Shown: positions 12,890 to 27,124, numbered from the whole stretch's first letter. The stretch is DNA of 63,722 bases, filler included, from Octopus bimaculoides (GCF_001194135.2; 9 parts of 8 records of this genome joined end to end with filler, not necessarily neighbours in it); one strand, 5' to 3'. Numbers and translations: made by a program. The notes: a model not told the origin generated them from the letters alone.

Positions 12890-13020
12890 TTGTATTCTCT
12901 TAAGTTCACACTCCACTCCAAAACCGGGCGCAAAAACAAAAACTTGTAAAAGATACTGAGAAATTCTGTAGAAAACTTCATCTATGGAATGTCTCCCAAA
13001 AGAGGGATTGCGAAATTCCA
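12890..13020 (+). mobile_element. Penelope-like element N-terminal fragment
   Basis: LKFT(fs)PTPKP followed by LVKDTEKFCRKLHLW, resembling the GLKF.PTP...D...F.R.LRL motif of PLE ORFs. Confidence 0.45.
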
Positions 13021-14354
13021 TTACTTGTAAAATAAAAGAAGGGTGGGGTTGAGGATTTAAATCTCCAGTGAACAAGAATAAGCACTAAGAATATGATATT
13101 GGAGAAGCCCGTTACCGTGATATGATCATAGAAAAACATAACAACAACAGAAACAACAGCGAGGACTAAACTACCAGAAAGCCGCCCCTCAAAATAGTAA
13201 CCTTCTTTTCACTTACGACGATAGGAACAGAACAGAGGACGAAGAAAAATGGCAGATACTTTTAACAAACGAAAAGGTGACCCAAAAATATGATTTAAAA
13301 ATAGTAAAAGAATATTAAGGTGGGGAACACCCTCCGGGAAAAACAATTGATGTTCTAGGATGATAAAGAATCTACCTCTTATGAAAGACAGCCTTCGGTA
13401 AGGAGAAATGCAGTGAAGTTAGCTCTCTGGCAGAAGAGCCCATCTTCATGAATAAAAAAATAAATTCCAAAAATGTTCGCTAACGGGCAATTTCGGAGCG
13501 CCATGTTTGCAACACAAGTACGAGTAAACACACGTAGCATTGCTTAAATGGGTCCTTGTGGCGAATAAGTGATGTTTAAAGGTGATTTTGCCAAAATAAA
13601 GAAACAATTTCTTGTCATATCGCTGTTGAAATATTTGTATTTTTTCCACTAGTTTCTTCTAAGAATTCGTTGTTTTATTAATGAAGAAACATTTTTTTTG
13701 CTATGTCCTCTACTTCCTGACAGCCTGGACGTCATACTTTAATTTCCATCACTCCAGGGTAGGATATTCTCTGAGTAATTAACGCTGATGATTTGCATTT
13801 TTGAGGCGGTTTTGAAATAGAGTTTGTTCTTTAGAATATTAATGCATAAACACTGAATAAATATTTTACAATGTTTTTCATTGAATATCATTTTAATTTT
13901 CTCTCTGACAGATTTTCATTCATTTTATTTTCATTTTATCGTTATTTTAAACTTTATTCTCTTAATTTAATCTTCTTTTTTTTTTTTCGTCTTTTAACGT
14001 CTGTACAAAATTACCTACCTTATCATGTCTGTATATCTCTACCAACTTAAATTAGACTGGACAGTCTCAGTAAACACTGCCAATTATTTTATATATCATC
14101 TAATCGACGTTTTTGCATTTGCAATGTCTCCCACATGTTACAATTCCCATGTAGCTTCTCTGTATTATTCTTTGATCTCACTTTGCAATGTTAATGTCTT
14201 TCGTCATTGTCTATTGAACATCACAGCTAAGCAATTTTAAGAATAGATTTTCATTATGAAGTTATAACACAGATTTATTCAGAGACACGCACTCATACAC
14301 AAATACACACGTGTGTATACACACACACACATACTAACAAACACACACACATTA

Positions 14355-14386
<32 letters not shown>

Positions 14387-16221
14387 NNNNNNNNNNNNNN
14401 NNNNNNNNNNNNNNNNNNNNNNNNNNNNNNNNNNNNNNNNNNNNNNNNNNNNNNNNNNNNNNNNNNNNNNNNNNNNNNNNNNNNNNNNNNNNNNNNNNNN
14501 NNNNNNNNNNNNNNNNNNNNNNNNNNNNNNNNNNNNNNNNNNNNNNNNNNNNNNNNNNNNNNNNNNNNNNNNNNNNNNNNNNNNNNNNNNNNNNNNNNNN
14601 NNNNNNNNNNNNNNNNNNNNNNNNNNNNNNNNNNNNNNNNNNNNNNNNNNNNNNNNNNNNNNNNNNNNNNNNNNNNNNNNNNNNNNNNNNNNNNNNNNNN
14701 NNNNNNNNNNNNNNNNNNNNNNNNNNNNNNNNNNNNNNNNNNNNNNNNNNNNNNNNNNNNNNNNNNNNNNNNNNNNNNNNNNNNNNNNNNNNNNNNNNNN
14801 NNNNNNNNNNNNNNNNNNNNNNNNNNNNNNNNNNNNNNNNNNNNNNNNNNNNNNNNNNNNNNNNNNNNNNNNNNNNNNNNNNNNNNNNNNNNNNNNNNNN
14901 NNNNNNNNNNNNNNNNNNNNNNNNNNNNNNNNNNNNNNNNNNNNNNNNNNNNNNNNNNNNNNNNNNNNNNNNNNNNNNNNNNNNNNNNNNNNNNNNNNNN
15001 NNNNNNNNNNNNNNNNNNNNNNNNNNNNNNNNNNNNNNNNNNNNNNNNNNNNNNNNNNNNNNNNNNNNNNNNNNNNNNNNNNNNNNNNNNNNNNNNNNNN
15101 NNNNNNNNNNNNNNNNNNNNNNNNNNNNNNNNNNNNNNNNNNNNNNNNNNNNNNNNNNNNTTTTTTTTTTTTTTTTTTTTTTTTGTAGTCTCTAAATAAG
15201 AAACTGCACCGGAACCCTATGCTTGGAAAGTAAGCTTCTTGCCACACTGCCACACCATTTAATCCGATACTCTAATGACTAGGCTGATTTTCCTCGTTGG
15301 ATCTAGCTATGATATAACTGCACTCTGACTTGGAAGTTCTAACAGATAGTAAGATCTCAGAAAGAAAACCTTTCTGACGCCGAAAACAGTATATCGTGAT
15401 CGTTGAAGTTTATATAATTACAATATCTTACTCAAATATATTGCAGCTGATGTACAAAGATGGCAAAATGAGAAACAGGGGCTTTCGCATGTTTATACTT
15501 ATACATGCGTTTATAATTATTCACGTGTTTATAATAATTTCAAGTGTTTATTTATAATAAAGACTTGGTGTAAGAATAACTGCCTACAAACATCTGCATT
15601 CATCAAACATCTGAGAAAGAGTGTCCTCAAAGAGAAATAATTATGAGATGGCGATAAATTAGGAAACACGTGGGGAGAAAGAAAAATATTCAGAAAAACC
15701 ACAAGGTTCTGTGTGTGAAAAAAATGTTCTGAGTTTTGTTATTTATATGGTAAAAATCAAAGTTTGTTTTGCGACCATGTGGTTTTGGGGTTCAGTCTCG
15801 CTGCATCCTGGGAAATGCCTTTTGGTATAACTTCTGGTCGACTAAATTCTTTAGGGGTGGATTAGGGAGATTGAAAATGTGAGGAAAAATAGAACATCAC
15901 ATACACACATGACATATGACATATTTTTTANNNNNNNNNNNNNNNNNNNNNNNNNNNNNNNNNNNNNNNNNNNNNNNNNNNNNNNNNNNNNNNNNNNNNN
16001 NNNNNNNNNNNNNNNNNNNNNNNNNNNNNNNNNNNNNNNNNNNNNNNNNNNNNNNNNNNNNNNNNNNNNNNNNNNNNNNNNNNNNNNNNNNNNNNNNNNN
16101 NNNNNNNNNNNNNNNNNNNNNNNNNNNNNNNNNNNNNNNNNNNNNNNNNATATATATACATAGACACAATCACACACACACATATTCTTTTTTATATTTT
16201 TATATCCTTTTATTTGTTTCA

Positions 16222-16345
16222 GTCATATGCTTAGTGGTATTTCGTCTGCCGCTACGTTCTGAGTTCAAATTCCGCTGAGGTCGACTTTGCCCTTCATCCT
16301 TTCGGGGTCGATAAATTAAGTACCAGTTACGCACTGGGGTCGATG
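16222..16345 (+). mobile_element. tRNA-derived SINE, family A (partial)
   Basis: TTAGTGGTATTTCGTC...GAGTTCAAATTCCGCTGAGGTCGACTTTGCCCTTCATCCTTTCGGGGTCGATAAATTAAGTACCAGT. Confidence 0.85.
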
Positions 16346-16427
16346 TAATTGACTTAATCGCTTTGACTGTGTTTCTTTGTCCCCTCTACGTTTAGCCCCT
16401 TGTAGGCAATAAAGAAATAAGAAACGA

Positions 16428-16670
16428 TAGCACGCCGGGCGAAATGCTTAGCAGTATTTCGTCTATCTTTACGTTCTGACTTCAAATTCCGCCGAGGTCG
16501 ATTTTGCTTTCATCCTTTCGGGGTTGATAAATTAAGTACCAGTTGCATACTTGAAGTCGATCTAATCGAATGATCCTCTCCTCCAAAAATTTCGGGGTCG
16601 ATTTGTTCAACCCTTCTTCAAAGCACTGTCCCAGCATGACTGCAGTCCAATGACGAACACAAATATAAAA
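16428..16670 (+). mobile_element. tRNA-derived SINE, family A, with 3' tail
   Basis: Same central domain as 16222; ends CCCAGCATGACTGCAGTCCAATGAC...ATAAAA. Confidence 0.85.
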
Positions 16671-17257
16671 ACTTAACAGATAAGTTGTGAACACACGAAG
16701 TGGCGTCTATAACATTTATATATTCCGAAGTTAATTATTAGATTGTTAGTATCGAAAAACTTTGCCGCACTTAATATCCTAAGAATTTGATAAAACAATT
16801 TGTTGTTTCTAAATAATTTGAATAGCTTAAATAGAAGTTAAAGAAGTGTCTGTTGATCACGATCTTTGAATATATTTACTTTCTATAAACAAAAAAAAAA
16901 AAAGAGAGAGAAATATACGACTCTATCAGAATTCGACGCTATTTATTTCAAACACTAGAGTTTAGATCAAAGCTCTTTAAAATACAAAAGAAATTAAAAT
17001 CATGTGACCAAGAATTTTACAAATTCCAAAATGGAGAAGAATGATTGTAAGGAAGGTGTACTTAAAAATAACAACAACAACAACAGAAATGAGTGGGTAA
17101 ATAGTGGGGGGAAAAAAAGAGAGATTTGGTATCGCCTGCACATATTAATGATGTCGCCACCCAGATTATATCAAACTATACGCTATGCAGAGTATTCGGT
17201 ATTTTCATAGATTGTTATCACTTCTTTGGGAAGGGCAGTTTTTATACAGCATTTGGC

Positions 17258-17327
17258 AATGACGATGAGGACGACGATGACGATGATGATGACGATCAAA
17301 GATGATGATGATGACGACGACGACGAC

Positions 17328-17371
<44 letters not shown>

Positions 17372-17435
17372 GGTGATGACGATGACGATGACGATGATGA
17401 CGATGATGATGATGGTGATGACGATGATGATAATG

Positions 17436-17500
<65 letters not shown>

Positions 17501-18480
17501 TCAACTTCATTATCTTCAACGCGATCACGACGATAACGGTCGTGATAACGACAATCATGACAATGATGGTGATGATGACGTGAACGATGAAGATGATGAT
17601 GATGATGATGATGATTATGATGATGNNNNNNNNNNNNNNNNNNNNNNNNNNNNNNNNNNNNNNNNNNNNNNNNNNNNNNNNNNNNNNNNNNNNNNNNNNN
17701 NNNNNNNNNNNNNNNNNNNNNNNNNNNNNNNNNNNNNNNNNNNNNNNNNNNNNNNNNNNNNNNNNNNNNNNNNNNNNNNNNNNNNNNNNNNNNNNNNNNN
17801 NNNNNNNNNNNNNNNNNNNNNNNNNNNNNNNNNNNNNNNNNNNNNNNNNNNNNNNNNNNNNNNNNNNNNNNNNNNNNNNNNNNNNNNNNNNNNNNNNNNN
17901 NNNNNNNNNNNNNNNNNNNNNNNNNNNNNNNNNNNNNNNNNNNNNNNNNNNNNNNNNNNNNNNNNNNNNNNNNNNNNNNNNNNNNNNNNNNNNNNNNNNN
18001 NNNNNNNNNNNNNNNNNNNNNNNNNNNNNNNNNNNNNNNNNNNNNNNNNNNNNNNNNNNNNNNNNGGAGGTGGTGGTGGTGGTGGTGGTGATGTCGTCGT
18101 CATGATGATGATGATGTTGACATTGATGAAGACGGACGACATTGACTATATTGGTGGTGATGGTGATAATGGTAGTGTTGTTGGTGTTATTGTTGTTGTT
18201 GTTGGTGTTATTGTTGGTTGCATTGGTGGTGTTGGTGTTGTCGTTGTTGTTGCTGTTGTTTTTTGGGGGTTTTTTTGGTGTTGTTGTTGGTTGCGGTGTT
18301 GGTGCTGATGGTGTTGGCGGGGAAAGAGATGATGACGATTATTGACAATGTTGATGTTGGTGGCGATGATGAAGATGGAGATGAGGTAGTTGACGACAAT
18401 GATGATGATGATGACGACCAAGATCACGGCGACGACGAAGACGACGACGACGACGACTACGAAGACTGCAACGACAATGA
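17258..18480. repeat. Compound trinucleotide array (GAT/GAC/GGT/GTT), with internal gap
   Basis: Phase-conserved triplet repeats; the poly-D/M/H ORFs in the track are by-products. Confidence 0.9.
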
Positions 18481-18634
18481 CGAGAAGCAAAGATGGCTGC
18501 GACAACCTCAAAATAACCACAATATCAGTTTACAAGAATGAAACACCTCCAACGACTGCCTCTCAAAGACACACTATTTCTCTATGCGAATGTGTCTATG
18601 TGTGCGTATTATATATATAATACATATATATATA

Positions 18635-18691
<57 letters not shown>

Positions 18692-18904
18692 GTACATTTG
18701 TGCTCGTGTGTTGTTGTTTCCAAAAATTACTGACTTATAGCACCCACTTGACAAAAACGCTTTTTTTTTTCATCCATTTTTTTGTCTTCTTTTCTCTCAA
18801 TCTTCCGAGTTTATATTTTTCTTTTGATCGGTCACTTAATAGAATTTTTTCTTGATAACGAAATTGAATTCCAATATCTTGTGCTTTCTTAATAGTATTA
18901 CACA

Positions 18905-18906
18905 TT

Positions 18907-18977
<71 letters not shown>

Positions 18978-18991
18978 CCTCATTATCATAA

Positions 18992-19059
<68 letters not shown>

Positions 19060-19092
19060 TTTATTATCATTATTATTATTATTATTATTATT
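18905..19092. repeat. (TTA)n microsatellite
   Basis: Long TTA run with TCA interruptions. Confidence 0.95.
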
Positions 19093-19651
19093 TTTTTTTG
19101 TTATTTGTGTTATGTCTTTTCTTTTTTTTTGTTTCTTTGTGTTTTTTTTGCCAGATATTATTTATAATTTAAATTTTAGCATTATTAACAGACGTGAAGG
19201 CTGTCTTTTGCTTGCTTGCTTCCAATGGTGTTACTGAACTTCATTCTTGATAACGAGCCACGATGATAGATCAATATAACATGTATGTATGTATGTATGT
19301 ATGTATGTATGTATGTATGTATGTATGTATGTATGTACGTATGAGCTTTATATCTGATTACGTATTTGTCTATGTAGGTATGTACATACGATTACAACAT
19401 ATGCTTGTATTCATGCATGTATATGCGTGGGTTTGTGTGCGTATATGTATGTATATATGCATGTATATATGTATATTTTCTGTATATGTGTGAGCACATA
19501 TGAATATGTGTGGGTTAGCACATATATAAACGATATATGTTTGTATTTGTGCATATGTATATGTATGTCACTGCGTGGGGATGTCCATATAGGTATGTAT
19601 GTATGTATGTATCAATGTATAAAATTTATAAAATGTATAAAAATCTGTCTC

Positions 19652-19694
<43 letters not shown>

Positions 19695-20329
19695 TTCTCT
19701 TTCCGTCTCTCTCTTTCATCCTTTCTTTCTCCTCTCTCAATATTTTTCCGATTCCTATCTTGATTCATTCAGAAACATGTCCAGTCAAAACCTGACTTAT
19801 GTTTCCGATACGTTATCGGGAAGTTACTAATGTCCTCAAATTCCGTTTGTTTAAGCTGGCTAAGGAAACAAGTATTGAGATCGTTTTACACAACCAGGGC
19901 CTCACCCGCTGCCAAATAATTGTATTCACATATATGTATTTAACATGAAAAATTTAAGACGCTTAATTCTGTTCCAAACTTCTTAGTTACAGCTAGACTA
20001 ATGTTACAGCTCTTAATATTTTTCTATTATTCCTCAACTTAAATTCCTTGAAATATTTTGCTTTCAACTAGTATTTTCTTTTAATCTTTGACTTATTTCA
20101 ATCATTAGAGTTCTGCCGCGCAAGTGGGACCATCACAAATGGGATTCAGACGCTGATATTGACCTCGCCCCAGTTCTGTATTTTTAAGTTTGGTACATAC
20201 TTTTGAGATTTATATTTATCTGATGGCTATAACCACAATCGGAGGTTTTGTAAATGGTGGCACAGGTACAGAGACACATAAATGCAAACGCTCATATGTA
20301 TGTATGTATACATGTATATGTCTCTTCTA

Positions 20330-21430
20330 TTTTTTTATTTATTATAAATCTTCCACTGAGGAGGGAACTGGTTTCCAACAAAGTTACAAGGCTCCATCTT
20401 TGGGATGTCGTTAACAGACAGATTCACTTTTGGAACGTGAGAAAAGTCTTGCATATTTTAACTGTTCCAGTCACAGATTGGACTTGTAATATGCGAATTA
20501 GCCGGTCGATTTCTCTTTCTGAAAATCCCAGTTAATCTCCTTTAAGAATTTACTAAGAAAACCTTGCGTTCCAATTATTATTGGTATGAATATGAATTCG
20601 TAGTCTGGATATAAAAGCTGAAGGTTTCGAAGCAGTTGACCATAGATTTTTCCTTTGATTTTCAAAGAGGTATATTTGCAGGGTAACTGACCTCTATGGT
20701 GATACATACTTTTGCCCCTCTGTCTCAAACAACAATACCTGGCCTGTTATGTTTACATTTGACAGACCTTTTGAAGGTAATATTCCACAAGTATTCTTTG
20801 AGTTGGTGTTCATGAATGTATTCCATAACAGAGGGATTTTCTAAGTTTATTTCAGGACAGTCTTTTTTTCAGATGGCATTGTAACTTGTTTTAGCAACAA
20901 CATCGTGCCGCATAGCGAAGTAGTGCCGTGGCGACATTTTAGGAGAGCTGCTAATCACGTGTAATGTATTCCACAGAAACATGACATAGCTTACACATAC
21001 GGTTTCACCTTGGGATTACAAGAGCGTCACTGTCTCTCCTGTTCAATAGATACTTTGTGGCAATCTTCTTTTCCTGGAGTGCAAACACATAGCCTTCACA
21101 CTGTGATGTGGAGATCTCGTACCCAAGAAAAGCTGCGCTTCGTGTCAATTCTACTGTCTTCTTCAAGATTCCGGGTAACATACCCATGCATAGTCTTTTT
21201 TCTTTGTATGCTGAGGGCTTTCCATCCAGGTCTTCTCTGAGGTAAGAGAGACCAGCTTTTTTGGGGTTGTATAGGAGATCATCAGGAACAGAGTGCTTCT
21301 TGAGGAGATCACTGCTAACTCGTGCAATGTTACTCATTTGACTTTACAGGACTGCATTGGTATACTTATTTTTGCTGCCGTTGTTTAGCAGGTGTTGCCT
21401 GAGTGATACTATACGGTATTCGAAGGCCGT
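20330..21430 (-). mobile_element. RLE-type LINE (Dong/R4 or NeSL-like), 3' fragment
   Basis: MHGYVTRN..., TSQCEGYVFALQEKKIATKYL, a C/H-motif region, then KIYGQLLRNLQLLYPDYEFIFIPIIIGTQGF; 3' end near ATAATAAATAAAAAA. Confidence 0.75.
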
Positions 21431-23459
21431 CTGCACTGATCTCAAGCCTCTACCACCTTAATTTCCTCTTAGGTAGTGCCCTGTCAACATCACTGTTTCT
21501 GTGGAAGTTCCTAGTTGTCAGGATTTTGCGGTTTTGATATCTATGGAGTCGCTAACAATTCATGATACAAGAAGGATCGCAAATATTGTGAGCTTGAATA
21601 TCATGCCTAGAGCAGAATCGTAGAAACGGAGAGGTTGTAGGAGGAAGAGTGGAGGAAAAGGCAGCGGTAAAGCGGGGAGTGGAGATTTTAGTGCGTTATG
21701 TAAGTACAAAGTGGGGTATGTAAGTGTGAATGTATGTATTTAAATGTGTACACACAAGAGTGTTAGGATATAAAAGTCGGTGGAGGGCATATATAAAAGC
21801 AGTTATTAAAATATAATACATGGTAGATGTAACAGGTTGATAGATTAATTTACGTTTTATGGTGCTAATATTTGTATAAGTTTTGAATGGGGAAAAAGAG
21901 AAAATGAAGTGAAAGAATAACGGGAAAGAAAATAAAAAAAAGCAAGAACAGAGATAAGGAATGATTTCCAGAGTTCGGTCTTAGATGAAAGAGTTTTAGC
22001 ATAGACGCACAAACGCAAATACTTAAACACACACACACATAAACGCAGCTATAAACACACGTACGCATACATGACTGCATACATACATACATACATACAT
22101 ACATACATGTATACATACGTACGTACATACATATATACAACATACGTACGTTTGTACACATATATGTAAACATAGATATATACATACATATATACATACA
22201 TTTATACANNNNNNNNNNNNNNNNNNNNNNNNNNNNNNNNNNNNNNNNNNNNNNNNNNNNNNNNNNNNNNNNNNNNNNNNNNNNNNNNNNNNNNNNNNNN
22301 NNNNNNNNNNNNNNNNNNNNNNNNNNNNNNNNNNNNNNNNNNNNNNNNNNNNNNNNNNNNNNNNNNNNNNNNNNNNNNNNNNNNNNNNNNNNNNNNNNNN
22401 NNNNNNNNNNNNNNNNNNNNNNNNNNNNNNNNNNNNNNNNNNNNNNNNNNNNNNNNNNNNNNNNNNNNNNNNNNNNNNNNNNNNNNNNNNNNNNNNNNNN
22501 NNNNNNNNNNNNNNNNNNNNNNNNNNNNNNNNNNNNNNNNNNNNNNNNNNNNNNNNNNNNNNNNNNNNNNNNNNNNNNNNNNNNNNNNNNNNNNNNNNNN
22601 NNNNNNNNNNNNNNNNNNNNNNNNNNNNNNNNNNNNNNNNNNNNNNNNNNNNNNNNNNNNNNNNNNNNNNNNNNNNNNNNNNNNNNNNNNNNNNNNNNNN
22701 NNNNNNNNNNNNNNNNNNTACATACATACATACATATATACATACATACATACATACATACGTACATGATATATAGAGGGAGAGAAAAGAAGAGAGAAGG
22801 CAATAAGTAAATAACTCATTATTTATATTAATAATTTTTAGCACACTTTGTGAAATATACCTCGGATAGACTAATTACGATATGCCCTGTGGAATACGAA
22901 TAAATTTTGTTACCGATTACGCATTCCCTTAGGTCATACAGCATATTACAAATAATATTAACAGACGTATATCTAAGCTCTCGTCGGTCAGAGAACTATT
23001 TAATATAAATTCCCTTTACAACGATACAGCTTTAGCTCGAAGTGATTTTACCGATAAGTTAAAATATATAGAGCAAACCATATCAAGTCATATATATAAC
23101 CTAGAAATAGCAAAAGGAATTTAGGAAAATATTTTTCATAGTTTAACAAATAAAGCTGGGTCGTAGAGTGCTTGTATCTGACGAGACACCTTGATGTCGA
23201 AACACCGAGTGTCCAAGAATCTTTTGTATTAATAGATTGTGTATGTTATGAAGAGATATTTGTCGTAAAGAATATGTTCCAGTGCGACGAGACGCAGCAG
23301 CGATTAGCTTATTCGTGTTCGAATTTGTTGGAACCTGTTTGTATAAATAGGCCAGTCACTGCTTTGATTTTCGTTGTTCACTGTGCGTATCTCTTATCAT
23401 TAGTTTTGATGAATTTTATTCAAACGAATCAACCGTAATACTTACTTTTTTTTAAAGAC

Positions 23460-23560
23460 TGGTATTTAATTCATCGGTCCCTTTCGCCGCACCGCTAAGT
23501 TACCGAGACCTAAGCTGATCAATACCGTTTGTCAAGCGGTGCCGATGGACAAACAGACGC
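23460..23560 (-). mobile_element. SINE family B internal fragment
   Basis: Reverse complement GCTTGACAAACGG...GTAACTTAGCGGTGCGGCGAAAGGGACCGATGAATTAAATAC matches 4035-4110. Confidence 0.7.
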
Positions 23561-23633
23561 AAAGACACACACACACAAATACACAATCATACACATATGC
23601 ACGCACACACATATATGCATGTATGTATTCATG

Positions 23634-23678
<45 letters not shown>

Positions 23679-23722
23679 NNNNNNNNNNNNNNNNNNNNNN
23701 NNNNNNNNNNNNNNNNNNNNNN

Positions 23723-23734
23723 TTAATTAATTAA
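23723..23734. other. Artificial scaffolding spacer TTAATTAATTAA in a 100-bp N gap; also 27069, 37303, 43899, 46763, 52842, 57819, 61223
   Basis: Identical 12-mer (stops in all six frames) centred between 44 N on each side, eight times. Confidence 0.95.
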
Positions 23735-23804
23735 NNNNNNNNNNNNNNNNNNNNNNNNNNNNNNNNNNNNNNNNNNNNTATATATATATATATATATGTA
23801 TGTA

Positions 23805-23839
<35 letters not shown>

Positions 23840-24228
23840 TTATCTATCTATCTATGTATCTCTCTCTCTCTATATATATATATCCATGTATGTATGTATG
23901 TATGTATGTATGTGTGTGTGTGTTCACGTGCTTGTTTATGCATTTGTATGCATTTGTATACACACACACATACTCACACACACACATACGCACACACACA
24001 CATTTAAATATGTGCCCTGTGTTTTCAGACACAGGATAGGTGACCCCACCTACATACACTTGTCATTACTCACCCTGTTTTGCTTCTTGTTATATCACAG
24101 TTTGTAACCCCCACCTCCGACACACGCACTCACCTTAATTTCCCCGCTTACTTTTTCTCTCAATCACTGTTTTTTTGGTTATTTTGCGTACAAATATATA
24201 CAAATATCTGTAATTTTTCTATTTTGAA

Positions 24229-24285
<57 letters not shown>

Positions 24286-24389
24286 GTTTGTTTGTTTGTC
24301 TGTTTATCAATCTTTCTCTCTCTTTCACTCTCTCCTTCTCTCTTTCCTTCTCTCCCTATCCCCTCTCTCTCTCCCTCCCCCCTCTCTCT

Positions 24390-24542
24390 GTGGTAAGAAG
24401 CCTGCTTTCGAACCACATAGTTCAAGGTTCAGTTCTACTGCGTAGTACCTTGCGCGCCTTGGACAACTGTCATCTACTATAGCCTCGGACTGACCGAAGC
24501 CTTGTAAGTAGCTTTGGTAGACGGGAACTGAAAAAGTCTGTC

Positions 24543-24545
<3 letters not shown>
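24390..24545 (+). mobile_element. SINE family B 5' half
   Basis: GTGGTAAGAAGCCTGCTTTCGAACCACATAGTTCAAGGTTCAGTTC...CTTGGACAA.TGTCATCTACTATAGCCTCGG...GGTAGACGGGAACTGAAA, then (GT)n. Confidence 0.8.
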
Positions 24546-24585
<40 letters not shown>

Positions 24586-24684
24586 CGATAGAGTGGACAA
24601 ACGAAAAAAGGGAACTCAACAAATTTACTGGGAGTTACATGTATGGATCAAAATAGTTTGATTCAAATTCATTGGTACTCCGAG

Positions 24685-25049
24685 TTTCAAGCGTGATGCT
24701 AATCTTCAGCCATTTTGAATTTGAATGAAAGAACTTGATTATTATTGCCGTAAGGTGGGCTGCGATTAGTCGGGGACGGTCACGCGGTGTCGTGGTTTGA
24801 TGTTGGTATACTGGTATATCAACGACAACAGTTAGTTGAAAAATACCCATACGGAGGAGAAGTAAGAAGGGACGGTATGTGCAAGGACATAGTTGTATGT
24901 GTAGGTGTGTGGAGGCGCTCACCTAGTTTTGCCTCAAGCCACGACACCGTGTGACCTTCCTTGATCAATTGTAGCTCACCTTACGGTAATAACAATCAAC
25001 TTCTTTCATTCAAATTCAAAATGGCTGAAGTCTAGCACCACGCTTGAAA
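24685..25049. mobile_element. MITE-like element with ~115-bp imperfect terminal inverted repeats
   Basis: 24685-24800 (TTTCAAGCGTGATGCTAATCTTCAGCCATTTTGAATTTGAATGAAAGAA...GGTGTCGTGGTTTGA) is the reverse complement of 24934-25049 with scattered mismatches. Confidence 0.75.
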
Positions 25050-25449
25050 TCCTGGTAATTTGCAGGCAAAAAAAGATATGCTTGGACACGTATTCTGCAA
25101 ATTCATTCTTTAAGTGGAACAGTAAGTATATGCAAGTCTTTACTAAAGTTCAATAAATAACTCGCTTACAAATGTTCGATTTAAGTAGAGCGGTAGAATC
25201 GTTAGCTAGAACCCAAGCCATTCTTAGTTGGGTGAAATAAAGAAAAGAAGACAATGTTACCAGCATATATANNNNNNNNNNNNNNNNNNNNNNNNNNNNN
25301 NNNNNNNNNNNNNNNNNNNNNNNNNNNNNNNNNNNNNNNNNNNNNNNNNNNNNNNNNNNNNNNNNNNNNNNNNNNNNNNNNNNNNNNNNNNNNNNNNNNN
25401 NNNNNNNNNNNNNNNNNNNNNNNNNNNNNNNNNNNNTATATATATATAG

Positions 25450-25480
<31 letters not shown>

Positions 25481-25683
25481 GATAGATAGATAGATAGGTA
25501 GATAAATAGATAGATAGATAGATAGATAGTCAGATAGACAGACAGACACACAGGCAGAGAGATAGAAGAATAGAAAGATAGACACAGATAGATAGCCAGC
25601 CAGCTAGCCAACCAGACAGACAGACAGACAGACAGACAGGCAGACAGACGGACAGACAGGCAGGCAGATAGATAGATAGATAA

Positions 25684-25730
<47 letters not shown>

Positions 25731-26380
25731 TGTATACATATGTATATGTATGCACCTGCATGTCTAGTCACACCCACTCAAACCTACACATCTATATAAT
25801 ACCATTTTTGCACATCTTCTCAGAAGCTTTGTAAAATAGGCATAAATATTTATTTTAGAAAGACATTAAAAATTTCGTTTATTATTTTGATAATTCGCTG
25901 GCTATAGCTACAGCTTATTCTATGAATCCAAAGAATCATACAAATTTAGAAATGAAAATTGTTTGAGGCTCGTATGAAATATAGTAAACATATTATTTCA
26001 ATGCAGTTAAACTTATAAATAGAGTCTGTTGATCGAAATATTGAATGTGACATAATGTTATATAAATAATATATAATGTATATAAAAACGTCTTTCGGCG
26101 ATTGCTGTCCTTTGAGACTGTCTGTGTCGATAATGCATCCGACTTTGAATGACGTCAGTGGACCGTCAGACGCCACGGTTTCGGTATAGTTGCACCTCCT
26201 TTGTATCACATAAAGAAATTAAATGAAAACTTTCAAAATATTTTTGAAACTGTTTTTCTAAAAGTAATCCATATACATATATATTTTCAAGTGACTCATC
26301 TTGAATATACGTATGCATACACACACTCACTCACTCACTCGATCACACGCACACATACACACTAATATATATGTTTAAAT

Positions 26381-27023
26381 CAGTGACTCTTAAACGGGGT
26401 CCAAGATAGTAAATTGGAGATCCACAGTATTATCTTAAGGGTCCATGTAAAATTTTGATTTAAATGTATCTAATGGAAGAAACAGCTAGGCTGCTTTCTC
26501 TATCAGGATCTTTTCTGTTTGGCTGCATTTGTGGAAATTTCAAAGTTTAGTGAGAATTTTAAAAATTGATGTATTGATATAATTCTCCGCGCTAAATCTC
26601 GTTGGGTATTTAACTTTTCCCAGAAAAGTTTTTAAAAACAGATGTTTAAAATTTTATAACTTTTACCCAGTCAGAAAACAGGATTTGGAAGCCGTCATTT
26701 TGTGCGTGACAGTTTATAAATTAGCCAAAATTTATAAACTTTAAAAGCTTTTAACTCTTTTTTGATTTACGGCGAAAATGAATTTCATGTCAATGATTAG
26801 CATACACCTAATATGAAATCAACTGGAACAGAAATAGAAGAGATTGAAAAGTGGCAGCCAAACAGAAAAGATGCCCTTAACATTTTTACATAGTTCCATC
26901 TATAAAAGTGAATGCGTGAATAACAAAACAAGAATTTTCAAAGAAATATCCCTGAAATTAATTTTGAAATATCGAAAGGCAACGGGGGTCCACCAGAATA
27001 AAATAGTAGACAAAGAGGTCCAT
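26381..27023. mobile_element. Probable non-autonomous hAT-like element, cut by a gap
   Basis: Starts CAGTGACTCTTAAAC; repeated subterminal GG(G)TCCA motifs near both ends. Confidence 0.35.
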
Positions 27024-27124
27024 ANNNNNNNNNNNNNNNNNNNNNNNNNNNNNNNNNNNNNNNNNNNNTTAATTAATTAANNNNNNNNNNNNNNNNNNNN
27101 NNNNNNNNNNNNNNNNNNNNNNNN

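Noticed and set aside
17205-18620. Long ORFs (up to 360 aa) rich in D, M, H or V
   Set aside because: They are translations of trinucleotide repeats and N gaps, with no splice or homology support.
25170-25222. Possible 53-nt minus-strand exon (MAWVLANDSTALLKSNI) with gtaagc donor
   Set aside because: AAG acceptor, no similarity to PRMT3 or any protein I recognise, and phase does not fit the expected next PRMT3 exon.
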